From positions 909-64,908 of the forward strand of contig JAEEPZ010000010.1 in NCBI GenBank assembly GCA_016285055.1: DNA of 64,000 nucleotides. The letters run 5' to 3'. Position numbers and translations under genes: made by a program. Every line of letters starts with the position of its first letter. Position 1 is the stretch's first letter. The DNA comes from Prevotella sp. (lineage in GTDB: Bacteria > Bacteroidota > Bacteroidia > Bacteroidales > Bacteroidaceae). Positions 7,961 to 16,465 of this stretch are shown here, in pieces. Below the pieces are notes generated by a model. That model saw nothing but the letters and a program-made list of their open reading frames with translations, ran no database searches and was not told where the DNA came from.

Positions 7961-10909
7961 TTACTTGATGATCACCTTACGACCGTTGAGGATGTAGAGA
8001 CCCTTGTTGAGCGACGAGCTTACTCGGCGGCCCTGCAGGTCATAGTAGCGGTTGTCGGCAATGGTCTCATGGTTGACATCAGCGATGCCCTGCAGTTCCT
8101 CAGAGGGTTTCTCGGTGCCGTAGTAGGTGAGGCGGAAGTTGTCGACCACAACCCAGTCCTGAGCCCTCTCGCGGAACTTCTGCACGAGAATCATCAGCTC
8201 GCCAGTGGTGACCTGCACGAGGATGCCCGACTTGTAGAGTCCGTTCTGGAAGTAGTCGCAGGCCTCGTTGATCCACATGGGGAACTCTCCGACGTAGAGG
8301 TCTTCGCCGTTGGGGTCATCAATCTGTCGGATGGTGCCGTCTTCGTTCATCACGGGCTGTCCGTCCTCGCCAATCTCGTCAATGCGGTAGCGAGTGGTGC
8401 TGCGGTTGCCCAGACCGGGAGCCTTGTCCACCTCGCTGAGGATGTTGGGCAGTGCCACCTGGTTGTCGGTGTTCATGTCGACGAGCATGGCAGCCTGCAC
8501 GCGCTCCTCTCCGGCCGACTCTGCACGAATCTGGTCCTGATGGTTGCCGTCGCGGTAGTATCCCTGCACGCCTATCCAGTACCATCCGGGCAGGAGGTCG
8601 TAGAGGTTCTGGCTGAAGTCGAAGTCGGCGCTGTCCCAGCACTCGAAGGCGAAGTCAACATGGTTGTCGTAGCGTCCCCAGACACTGCCATTGTTGTACT
8701 GGCTAATCCATGCTGAGATGTCCTCACGCTGGTTGAAGTTGGGCGACATGATCTTATAGGTGGCATCCTGCGGCTTGTCGGCGGTGGCAGTGGCCAGCAG
8801 CTCGTCGCGCTCGGCCCTGGTCACCAGCTTCCATTGGTTCTCGGGGTTGTCGATGCCATACATGTCGGTGTCGATGTTGCCGTAGGTGTTGGGGCGGTAG
8901 CCGAGGAGCATGCGCTCGCCGGTCTCATTGTTCTTCTCGCCGTTGGCACGTGCTATGGCATAGACTCCGGTCTTACCTTCCACGGGCACAAACTCCCAGA
9001 GGTTCTGGTTGGGGGTGTCCATGTAGCCGCCGTAGTTGAGGTATTCGCTCTCGCCACCGTTGTTCAGATGGGTGTCAATCTTGAATCCGTTGATGGGGTC
9101 TCCGTTCTCCGGATATTCCGTTCCGCTGATGAGTGTCACCTCTACGCCGGGGAATCCCACGAAGGCATGTGCGCCCCAGTCGCCTCCACCACAGAGGAAG
9201 CGCTTCAGTCCGACGTTATAGATATAGAAGTCGCCGTCGGCGGGAGTGGCTCCCTTGAACACGTCAGCGTGCTTGTCGGCAGCCTTCTTCTTGCGCTCCA
9301 CGCGCAGCTGGTTGAGGGCGTCGTGAATCTTTCCTGCAGCGTCAGCATGCTCCAGCACAGCCTTGGCATTGTCGATATAGGCAGCATCGACGCCAGCCTT
9401 CTCGGCGAAGGGGATGGTAGCAGCAAGGAACTGGAGCGGCTCCTGCACGCCGCGCACGTCGTTCAGCGCATTGCGCATTGCCTTGATGGCCTCGTTGAAG
9501 GCGTCGAGGTCGGCCTCGTTAGCAGCGGCCTGAGCAGCTGCGAGGGCATTGGCATAGAAGTCGGGCTGCACGCCGGTGAAAGCGTTGGCCTCAGCCATCA
9601 CGTTGGTGTAGTCTTTGGCAGCAGCCAGGGCATCGCGCAGCTTCATCGAGGCAGCAGCAATGGCTGTGGCATCGGTGCCGCTGAGAGCCAACTGTGCCTC
9701 AGCAATGGCGTTGGTGAGCACGGCCACGGTCAGACCGTCGTAGGCCGTAGCCTCTTCGAGGGCTGCCTGCAGGTTGGCCTTAACCTCGGTGAGGTCAATC
9801 TCGTTGCCTAAGTAGGTGAGTGTGAAGTTGTCGAAGACGAGCCAGTCGTCATCGCCGCCGCCAATCTTCTGCATACCGATGGTGAGGCTTCCGTCGCTGA
9901 CCACCACCTTGACGGGGTCGTTCCAGTAGCCGCCCTTGAAGAAGCAGTTGGAGGCGCGGTCGAGCGCATTGCCGGGCACGCTGTTGCCGGGGATATAGAC
10001 ACCGCCCTGTGGCACTGCGTAGGAGTCGAGGTCTTCCTCGGTGACACCGCTCTCAAGGATGGACTTGAAGGGACGGCTCACGTCATTGAGGAAGAAGAAG
10101 GCACGGATCTCCTCTTCGCCAGCCTCGCGCTTGGCTCCGATGCGTACTTCCGAGCCGTCACGGTAGAAGCCCTGCAGCTTAAACTCGTAGGTGCCGTTGG
10201 GCAGTCCTGTGATGGTCTTCTTCAGTTCGAACTTGGTCTTCTTCCAGCACTCCACGGCGCGGTTGGCACGCACGATGCCGTCGCCACCCTGTGCATAGAC
10301 GCCGTCGCCCTCCTGGATGACATCCCAGCGGTTGCGCTCATCCTGATTGGCAAAGTCGTGGCCTCCGATGAGCCAGGTAGCGTCCTTCGGGTTGGCTTTC
10401 GTAGCCGTCATCAAGTCGGCCATGCGCTGTTCGTAAGTCACGAGCACCCATTCCTGATTGAAGCCGAAGTCGTCAATCCATCCCTCATCGTTGGCGTTGA
10501 GGTAGTGCTGCTCGTTGTCGGTGGAAATGACATAGACATTCTCCTTGCCTGCCACTGGTGTGAACTGCCATGAGGTCTGGGGCTGGTCGGTGTCGAGATA
10601 GAAGGCAGGGTTGTCGCCCACCTGCGGTCCGTTGATGCTGTGGTTGTGGCCGAACTTAGGATTGAGGCGGTAGCCGTCGTCCGTTGGCACAATCTCGATG
10701 TCGAGGCCATAGGCACCCAGCTCGGCACGCGTGGTCCAGTAGGGTGCATTGTCGATGTTGTTCTGCAGCCACTTACCTGTCTCAACCTGATACAGATAGA
10801 AGGTGCCTCCCTCTGCGGGCAGCGCATTGCCTGTCCAGGGAGCGTTCTGTGCCTGCGTCGAGGCAAAAGCCAGCAGGCTAAGTCCTAAGAGTAAAGTTCT
10901 TTTTCTCAT
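7961..10909 (-). CDS. Secreted 982-aa protein of unknown function, two tandem homologous modules plus helical linker, T9SS-like tail
   Basis: Signal peptide; duplicated motifs FYLYQV/FYIYNV, QGFYRDG/QGYYRDG, DWLVFDNFTLTY/DWVVVDNFRLTY; YYDLQGRRV...KGLYILNGRKVIIK. Confidence 0.85.
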   Translation of the reverse strand: MRKRTLLLGLSLLAFASTQAQNAPWTGNALPAEGGTFYLYQVETGKWLQNNIDNAPYWTTRAELGAYGLDIEIVPTDDGYRLNPKFGHNHSINGPQVGDNPAFYLDTDQPQTSWQFTPVAGKENVYVISTDNEQHYLNANDEGWIDDFGFNQEWVLVTYEQRMADLMTATKANPKDATWLIGGHDFANQDERNRWDVIQEGDGVYAQGGDGIVRANRAVECWKKTKFELKKTITGLPNGTYEFKLQGFYRDGSEVRIGAKREAGEEEIRAFFFLNDVSRPFKSILESGVTEEDLDSYAVPQGGVYIPGNSVPGNALDRASNCFFKGGYWNDPVKVVVSDGSLTIGMQKIGGGDDDWLVFDNFTLTYLGNEIDLTEVKANLQAALEEATAYDGLTVAVLTNAIAEAQLALSGTDATAIAAASMKLRDALAAAKDYTNVMAEANAFTGVQPDFYANALAAAQAAANEADLDAFNEAIKAMRNALNDVRGVQEPLQFLAATIPFAEKAGVDAAYIDNAKAVLEHADAAGKIHDALNQLRVERKKKAADKHADVFKGATPADGDFYIYNVGLKRFLCGGGDWGAHAFVGFPGVEVTLISGTEYPENGDPINGFKIDTHLNNGGESEYLNYGGYMDTPNQNLWEFVPVEGKTGVYAIARANGEKNNETGERMLLGYRPNTYGNIDTDMYGIDNPENQWKLVTRAERDELLATATADKPQDATYKIMSPNFNQREDISAWISQYNNGSVWGRYDNHVDFAFECWDSADFDFSQNLYDLLPGWYWIGVQGYYRDGNHQDQIRAESAGEERVQAAMLVDMNTDNQVALPNILSEVDKAPGLGNRSTTRYRIDEIGEDGQPVMNEDGTIRQIDDPNGEDLYVGEFPMWINEACDYFQNGLYKSGILVQVTTGELMILVQKFRERAQDWVVVDNFRLTYYGTEKPSEELQGIADVNHETIADNRYYDLQGRRVSSSLNKGLYILNGRKVIIK

Positions 10910-10939
10910 AATAGTGTTAGTTATTGTTGAATAAGAATA

Positions 10940-12085
10940 TTATTTCTGTGCTATTTTGCGTGCTTGTCCGCCTTCAAGCTGTTCTATCACGATGCCTTGA
11001 CCGCTGTGGTCGTCCACGCGCAGCCCGCCCAAGGTGTAGACGGCACGGGGCTGGCTGTCGGGCTTGGTGCCCAGATGCCCTACGCTGGCAGCATCGCCGA
11101 AGAGCGGGACGTTGGCCGTGACTGAGGGTGTGCGGTTGCGCACCGTTGGCCATCCGTCCTTGTCCCAAATAATCTGGTCGAGATAGACCTTGCGCCCACC
11201 GTCGGGGTCGGCAGCGTCGAAGCCGTGGTAGAGCATCCAATGCTGGCCGGCATCGTCCTGAATAATCTCAGAGTTGTGGCCGGGTCCCACCACCTTGTTG
11301 CTTTTCTGCAGCACCAGCATGAAGTTGTTCTCCATAGCCGGGCGTCCCGTCTTGTTGACATAGGGGCCCAGCAGATTCTCGGAGCGGGCCACCACCACGC
11401 GATAGGTGCTGTTGAGTCCCTCGCAGCAGGTGCCGGCCGAGCCGAAGAGGTAATAGTAGCCATCCTTCTTATAGATGTAAGTGCCCTCGGTGAGTGTGCC
11501 GGCTATCTGCACTTTCTCTGCGCCGGGCTTCACGCTCAGGCCGTCGTCGCTCAGCTGGATGGCGTAGATGCCCCGGAAACTGCCCCAGAACAGATACTTG
11601 CTGCCGTCCTCCTCTTCTATGTAGAATGGGTCGATGCTGTTCTGCACGCCAATCTCGCTGCTGATGAAGAGCTTGCCCACATCGGTGAAAGGACCTTGGG
11701 GACGGTCGGCCGTAGCCACGCCGATGCCGCACTCCCACTCGCCGCCCCAGGTGGACTTGGAGTAATACATGACATACTTGCCGTTGATGTAGTTGATGTC
11801 GGGAGCCCATACTCTGCCGTTGGGCACCATCTGCGGACGTGTCCTGTCGGTAAAGGCAGTGCCCATAAACCGCCAGTCTACCAGATTCTCGGAACGGTAG
11901 ATGGGCACGTTGCGGATGTTCTCTGTGGCATAAAGATAATAGTAGCCGTCGGACGCCTTGATGACTGTAGGGTCAGGCAGGCTCTCGTCGATGACAGGAT
12001 TGCTGTACTGTGTCTGTGCCTCCATCGAAGAGATGGCGGCAAGCAGCAATGTCAGCGTCAGGAGTGCAAGTGTTCTTGTTTTCAT
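10940..12085 (-). CDS. Secreted GH43 glycoside hydrolase with T9SS-like tail
   Basis: LPDPTV, WAPD, SIDPF, TEG and GPGHN GH43 motifs; VYTLGG tail. Confidence 0.9.
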   Translation of the reverse strand: MKTRTLALLTLTLLLAAISSMEAQTQYSNPVIDESLPDPTVIKASDGYYYLYATENIRNVPIYRSENLVDWRFMGTAFTDRTRPQMVPNGRVWAPDINYINGKYVMYYSKSTWGGEWECGIGVATADRPQGPFTDVGKLFISSEIGVQNSIDPFYIEEEDGSKYLFWGSFRGIYAIQLSDDGLSVKPGAEKVQIAGTLTEGTYIYKKDGYYYLFGSAGTCCEGLNSTYRVVVARSENLLGPYVNKTGRPAMENNFMLVLQKSNKVVGPGHNSEIIQDDAGQHWMLYHGFDAADPDGGRKVYLDQIIWDKDGWPTVRNRTPSVTANVPLFGDAASVGHLGTKPDSQPRAVYTLGGLRVDDHSGQGIVIEQLEGGQARKIAQK

Positions 12086-12104
12086 GGTTTGTTGAAAGTT
12101 GCTG

Positions 12105-12165
12105 CAAAGTTAGGAAGATTACAGCCGAAAAGGGGAAAAATACCGTTCAAAAAACAAGAAAAACT
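12105..12165 (-). promoter_or_regulatory. Promoter of GH43 operon: -7 box plus candidate HTCS operator
   Basis: TAACTTTG (12105-12112, minus); motif agttttt-N7-tttgaa-N4-atttttc at 12135-12165, 22 nt from the box. Confidence 0.7.
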
Positions 12166-12228
12166 GACAAAAGGGCGCCAATGAAGAAATAATTTTGCTG
12201 TTAAGCGCCGTGAGTCAAATAATTTTCG

Positions 12229-12236
12229 TAATTTTG
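12229..12236 (+). promoter_or_regulatory. -7 promoter box for HTCS
   Basis: TAATTTTG 40 nt upstream of ATG; a second copy at 12190-12197. Confidence 0.5.
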
Positions 12237-12276
12237 AAGCCGAATTACTTGCACCCGACTATCAACCAACAGCATC

Positions 12277-15200
12277 ATGAGATACTTTCTGAAACGATTC
12301 ATCCGCCTTTATACATTATTATATATATGGGCACTCGGCTTTGTCTTGGCCGCAGCGTCGCCCGTCATACGCGCGTCATTCATCAACTACATGGCAGCCG
12401 ACGGTCTGAGCGACAACAACGTGCTCTGCGGTCTGCGCGACAGATACGGCTTCATGTGGTTAGGCACCAACAATGGCCTCAACTGTTTCGACGGTGTGCA
12501 GAACACGGTCTACCGAAACATGATTGAAGGGAAGAGCGGCATTGAGAGCAACACCATCACCACCCTCTATGAACACGGCGACGACATCTGGTTTGGCGGT
12601 TCCTTCGGACTCTATATCTATGACAGGCAGAACCATCGCTTCAAAAGCTTCGACAAATGCACCAAGTATGGTGTGAGCATCAGCGCCACCGTGCAGGACA
12701 TCGTGGGCAGCCAGGATGGGCGCATCTGGATAGGCACGCAGGGACAGGGACTGTTCATCTACAACCCTAAGACCGACGAGCTGATACAGGACAGCCGCCA
12801 CGGCGCCTTCATCAGCGACATCCTCGCCGTGAACGACAGCCCCGTCTTCGTGGCTACGCTGCAGGGACATGTCATCCTCTATGGGCAGGACGGCACCTAC
12901 ATGATGGAGCATGCCATACCCGACTACCGCAGCGACAAAAACAACATCAGCCTGGAGTTCATAGGCTTCAGGCTCTTCATCGGCTGTGAGCGCGGACTGT
13001 ACACTGTGCTGAAGGGCGACGAAGAGGTGACGCCTGTGCCCCATGTGAACATCGGCATACAGTCGCTGCTCAGGAAAGGCCATCAGCTGCTCATGGGCAC
13101 CGACCAAGGCATCTGGCTCTACGACCCCGCCACGCAGCACTCCGAGCGCTATGACAATCCCGAAGACAAGAGCACCGGCCTGACCGACCAGCGTGTGAAC
13201 GCTCTGGCATGGGACAGCGACAGCACGCTGTGGGTGATGACACAGATGGGCGGCGTGTGCTATATGCCCCAGACCCGCAGTGATGTACAGACGGCCTTCC
13301 TCTCGGAGAATGGGAGAGGCAACATGATTTACGCGGTGTGTGAGACGCCCGACGGCCGGCTGTGGATTGGTCACGAGAAAGGACTGGGCACCTTCAATCC
13401 CGCGACACAGCGCATCGACAGCTATCCGGCCCCCGAGCTGAACCAGGAAGTCAGCGTACTGATGGCCGACGGCAAAGACCTGTGGATAGGCACGCGGAGG
13501 CAGGGCATCTTCGTCCTGGACACCACCAACGGGCAGTTGCGCCACTATCAGTATTCGTCAGACAAGTCCTACACGGTGCCCAGCAACGAGATTACCTGTC
13601 TGCTGCGCACCTCCGAGGGCGTCATCTATGTGGGCACCAGCTGGGGACTGTGCCACTATGAGCGCTCGACGGAGAACTTCATGTGGTATTTCGGCATAGG
13701 CTCCACCACATATATCACCAGTCTGACCGAGGACAGCGAAGGCTGCGTGTGGGCTGCCACCAGCAATCACGGAGTGTTCAAGCAGTGGGACAAAGGCGGT
13801 TCATTCCGTAACTTCACCTATCATCAGAAAGAGGCACAGTCGCTGGCCAACAACAATGTCTCGACCGTGTTCTGCGACCACAGCGGTCAGGTGTGGGTGG
13901 CCTACAACGGAACAGGCCTGGCACGCTATCAGCCTCGCACAGAAAGTTTTGAGCCATTTGGCACCGACACGCCCGAGATACAAGACCAGCAGATCTATTT
14001 CATTGTAGAGGATCTGCAGCACAATCTGTGGATGGGAGCCGAGACGGGCATGGTGCGCATCAACTCGGGCAGAGATGCCCAAGACGTACAAGTGCTGCGC
14101 GGCTCCACTGACATGAACCGTCTGCTCAAGCCTCACAATTCGGCTTACATCACCCGCAACGGCGAGCTCTTTGCCGGGCGCTTCAATGTGCTGGCCCATT
14201 TCTATCCCGACCGCATTAACTTGGCAGACAAGAAGGCACCGGTCTATATCACATCCATCACCCTGCCTTTCTCGTCAATCGAAGAAGAAGAATCACTACG
14301 CGCTCAGCACGCCTTGCTAAACAACGGTCACACCCTCACCCTACCCTACTCCGACAACAGCTTTACCCTGCACTTCTCACAGCCTCTCTTCACCAGCCCC
14401 GACGCTCATCGCCGGTTTGAATACCGCATGGAGGGCATCGATGCCACATGGGCCAAGGGTACGAAGAACGCCGAGGCCACCTATGTGAACGTGTCGCCGG
14501 GCGACTATGTCTTCCTGCTGCGCGAGGCCGGCAACACCGACGAGAGCACCTACGCCCGGCTGAGCATCAAAGTGCTGCCACCCTGGTATCGCACCAATCT
14601 GGCCTATCTCATCTATCTGCTCCTCATCGTCTCAGCTATCGTCTATCTGCTGCGCCGATACAACAACAGCCTGAAACGCCGATACAACCGCCGTATGAAA
14701 GAATATAGGACGGCACAGGAGAAAGCCAACTTCGAGTCGAAGATACGCTTCTTCGTCGACCTTGTGCACGAGATACGCACACCGCTGTCGCTCATCAGTC
14801 TGCCATTGGAAGCGATTGAGGAGAGTGAAAACGCTGCCGTCAAGAAGCATACCAGTGCCATTCGCCGCAACATGAACTATCTGCTGGGCATCACCAATCA
14901 GCTGCTCGACTTCCAGAAGGCTGAGCACGGCAAGATACAGCTCAACCGGCGCAACTGCGACATCGGCCAGTTGCTCAACGACACCTTCCAGCAGTTTACC
15001 GATGCGATGGAGGTGCAGGGCAAGCGCATCCAGCTGCAGTTGCCCGACGAGCCTATTGTCAGCAGCATCGATGCCGACAAGGTGCAGAAGGTGATGATGA
15101 ACCTCATCGGTAACGCTGCCAAGTACGCCCGGACAGAAATCATCGTCCGTCTCGAGCAAGTGCCCGATCAGTCAGCCCTACGTATTTCCGTCATCGACGA

Positions 15201-16329
15201 CGGGCCGGGCGTGCCGCAAGAGGAGCGTGACAAGATTTTCGACCTCTATTACCAGATAGGCAACGAGAGTGCTGCCACCACCTTGGGCACCGGCCTCGGT
15301 CTCTCCTACGCCAAGATGCTGGCACAGGCCCACGACGGCGACCTCTCCTACACCGATGCCGTTGGAGGCGGCTCCAACTTCTACCTCACACTCCCCATTT
15401 TCAAAACCGAAGGGGCTAATGACTCCAATAAGTCCTATGAGTCCTCTACATCCTCTGAGTCCTCTGCATCCTCTGAGTCCTCTGCATCCTCTGAGTCCTC
15501 TGAGTCCTCTGCATCCTCTTCTAAGCCTCAAACCACCAATCACCGCATCCTCATCGTGGAAGACAACGAGGAACTGCTGCAGATGACTGCCGACGCCCTG
15601 CGGCCCTACTTCCACATCCTCAAGGCTCGTGACGGTGTGGAAGCCCTCGACGTGCTGCGCTTTAACGAGGTTGACATCATCGTCAGCGACGTGATGATGC
15701 CACGCATGGACGGCATCGAGCTGTGCTCCAAGGTGAAGCAGGACATCAACTATTCACACATACCCATCATCCTGCTCACAGCAAAGACCAGCATTGAGGC
15801 CAAGCTTGAAGGCATGAAGAGTGGAGCCGACATCTATTTGGAGAAGCCGTTCTCTGTCAAGCAGCTGCACCTGCAGATCATGAATCTTCTGCGGATGCGC
15901 CAGACCTACTATGAACGGATGCGCAACATCAGTTTGGACGGCAGCGAAACGCCAGACAGCAAGGAAGCCAACACAGCCAACACGGCCGACAATCAGCTGG
16001 GCCTTAGCCAGCAAGACCTGCTATTCATGGAACGTCTGCAAAAGATGGTGGCCGAGAACATGCGCGACGAGGAGTTCTCCATCGACCAGCTGGCCGAGCA
16101 GATGAACATGAGCCGCAGCAGCTTCTACCGCAAGATCAAGGCCCTGACCGACATGACACCCGTTGACTACCTGAAGATGCGCCGACTGGAGCAGGCCGCC
16201 ACCTACTTGCGCCAAGGCATACGCATCACTGAGGTGGCTGAACGGGTCGGATTCACCAGCAGCAGCTACTTCGCCAAGTGCTTCAAGGCCCGTTTTGGCG
16301 TTTTGCCAAAGGACTTTATAGCACGATGA
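12277..16329 (+). CDS. Hybrid two-component system sensor kinase/response regulator (HTCS, AraC output)
   Basis: Reg_prop repeats, Y_Y_Y domain, TM helix, HEIRTPL, DDGPG/GTGLGL, SDVMMP receiver, AraC HTH. Confidence 0.95.
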   Translation: MRYFLKRFIRLYTLLYIWALGFVLAAASPVIRASFINYMAADGLSDNNVLCGLRDRYGFMWLGTNNGLNCFDGVQNTVYRNMIEGKSGIESNTITTLYEHGDDIWFGGSFGLYIYDRQNHRFKSFDKCTKYGVSISATVQDIVGSQDGRIWIGTQGQGLFIYNPKTDELIQDSRHGAFISDILAVNDSPVFVATLQGHVILYGQDGTYMMEHAIPDYRSDKNNISLEFIGFRLFIGCERGLYTVLKGDEEVTPVPHVNIGIQSLLRKGHQLLMGTDQGIWLYDPATQHSERYDNPEDKSTGLTDQRVNALAWDSDSTLWVMTQMGGVCYMPQTRSDVQTAFLSENGRGNMIYAVCETPDGRLWIGHEKGLGTFNPATQRIDSYPAPELNQEVSVLMADGKDLWIGTRRQGIFVLDTTNGQLRHYQYSSDKSYTVPSNEITCLLRTSEGVIYVGTSWGLCHYERSTENFMWYFGIGSTTYITSLTEDSEGCVWAATSNHGVFKQWDKGGSFRNFTYHQKEAQSLANNNVSTVFCDHSGQVWVAYNGTGLARYQPRTESFEPFGTDTPEIQDQQIYFIVEDLQHNLWMGAETGMVRINSGRDAQDVQVLRGSTDMNRLLKPHNSAYITRNGELFAGRFNVLAHFYPDRINLADKKAPVYITSITLPFSSIEEEESLRAQHALLNNGHTLTLPYSDNSFTLHFSQPLFTSPDAHRRFEYRMEGIDATWAKGTKNAEATYVNVSPGDYVFLLREAGNTDESTYARLSIKVLPPWYRTNLAYLIYLLLIVSAIVYLLRRYNNSLKRRYNRRMKEYRTAQEKANFESKIRFFVDLVHEIRTPLSLISLPLEAIEESENAAVKKHTSAIRRNMNYLLGITNQLLDFQKAEHGKIQLNRRNCDIGQLLNDTFQQFTDAMEVQGKRIQLQLPDEPIVSSIDADKVQKVMMNLIGNAAKYARTEIIVRLEQVPDQSALRISVIDDGPGVPQEERDKIFDLYYQIGNESAATTLGTGLGLSYAKMLAQAHDGDLSYTDAVGGGSNFYLTLPIFKTEGANDSNKSYESSTSSESSASSESSASSESSESSASSSKPQTTNHRILIVEDNEELLQMTADALRPYFHILKARDGVEALDVLRFNEVDIIVSDVMMPRMDGIELCSKVKQDINYSHIPIILLTAKTSIEAKLEGMKSGADIYLEKPFSVKQLHLQIMNLLRMRQTYYERMRNISLDGSETPDSKEANTANTADNQLGLSQQDLLFMERLQKMVAENMRDEEFSIDQLAEQMNMSRSSFYRKIKALTDMTPVDYLKMRRLEQAATYLRQGIRITEVAERVGFTSSSYFAKCFKARFGVLPKDFIAR
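15415..15525 (+). repeat. In-frame 9-bp repeat (tcctctgag/tcctctgca) encoding the SSESSA linker
   Basis: Tandem 9-mers between HATPase and receiver domains. Confidence 0.85.
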
Positions 16330-16331
16330 TT

Positions 16332-16392
16332 AGTTTTTAGCTTTCTTTGAATAGCATTTTTCGTTCACTGAACGGAAAATGCTATAACTTTG
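16332..16392 (+). promoter_or_regulatory. Promoter of 882-aa gene: candidate HTCS operator plus -7 box
   Basis: agttttt-N7-tttgaa-N4-atttttc at 16332-16362; TAACTTTG at 16385-16392, 22 nt gap. Confidence 0.7.
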
Positions 16393-16465
16393 TACCCGTA
16401 TTTTCACAAAACCACGAAAACCAACAATTATAGTTCACTTTATTATCAACTAACAACTATTATTT

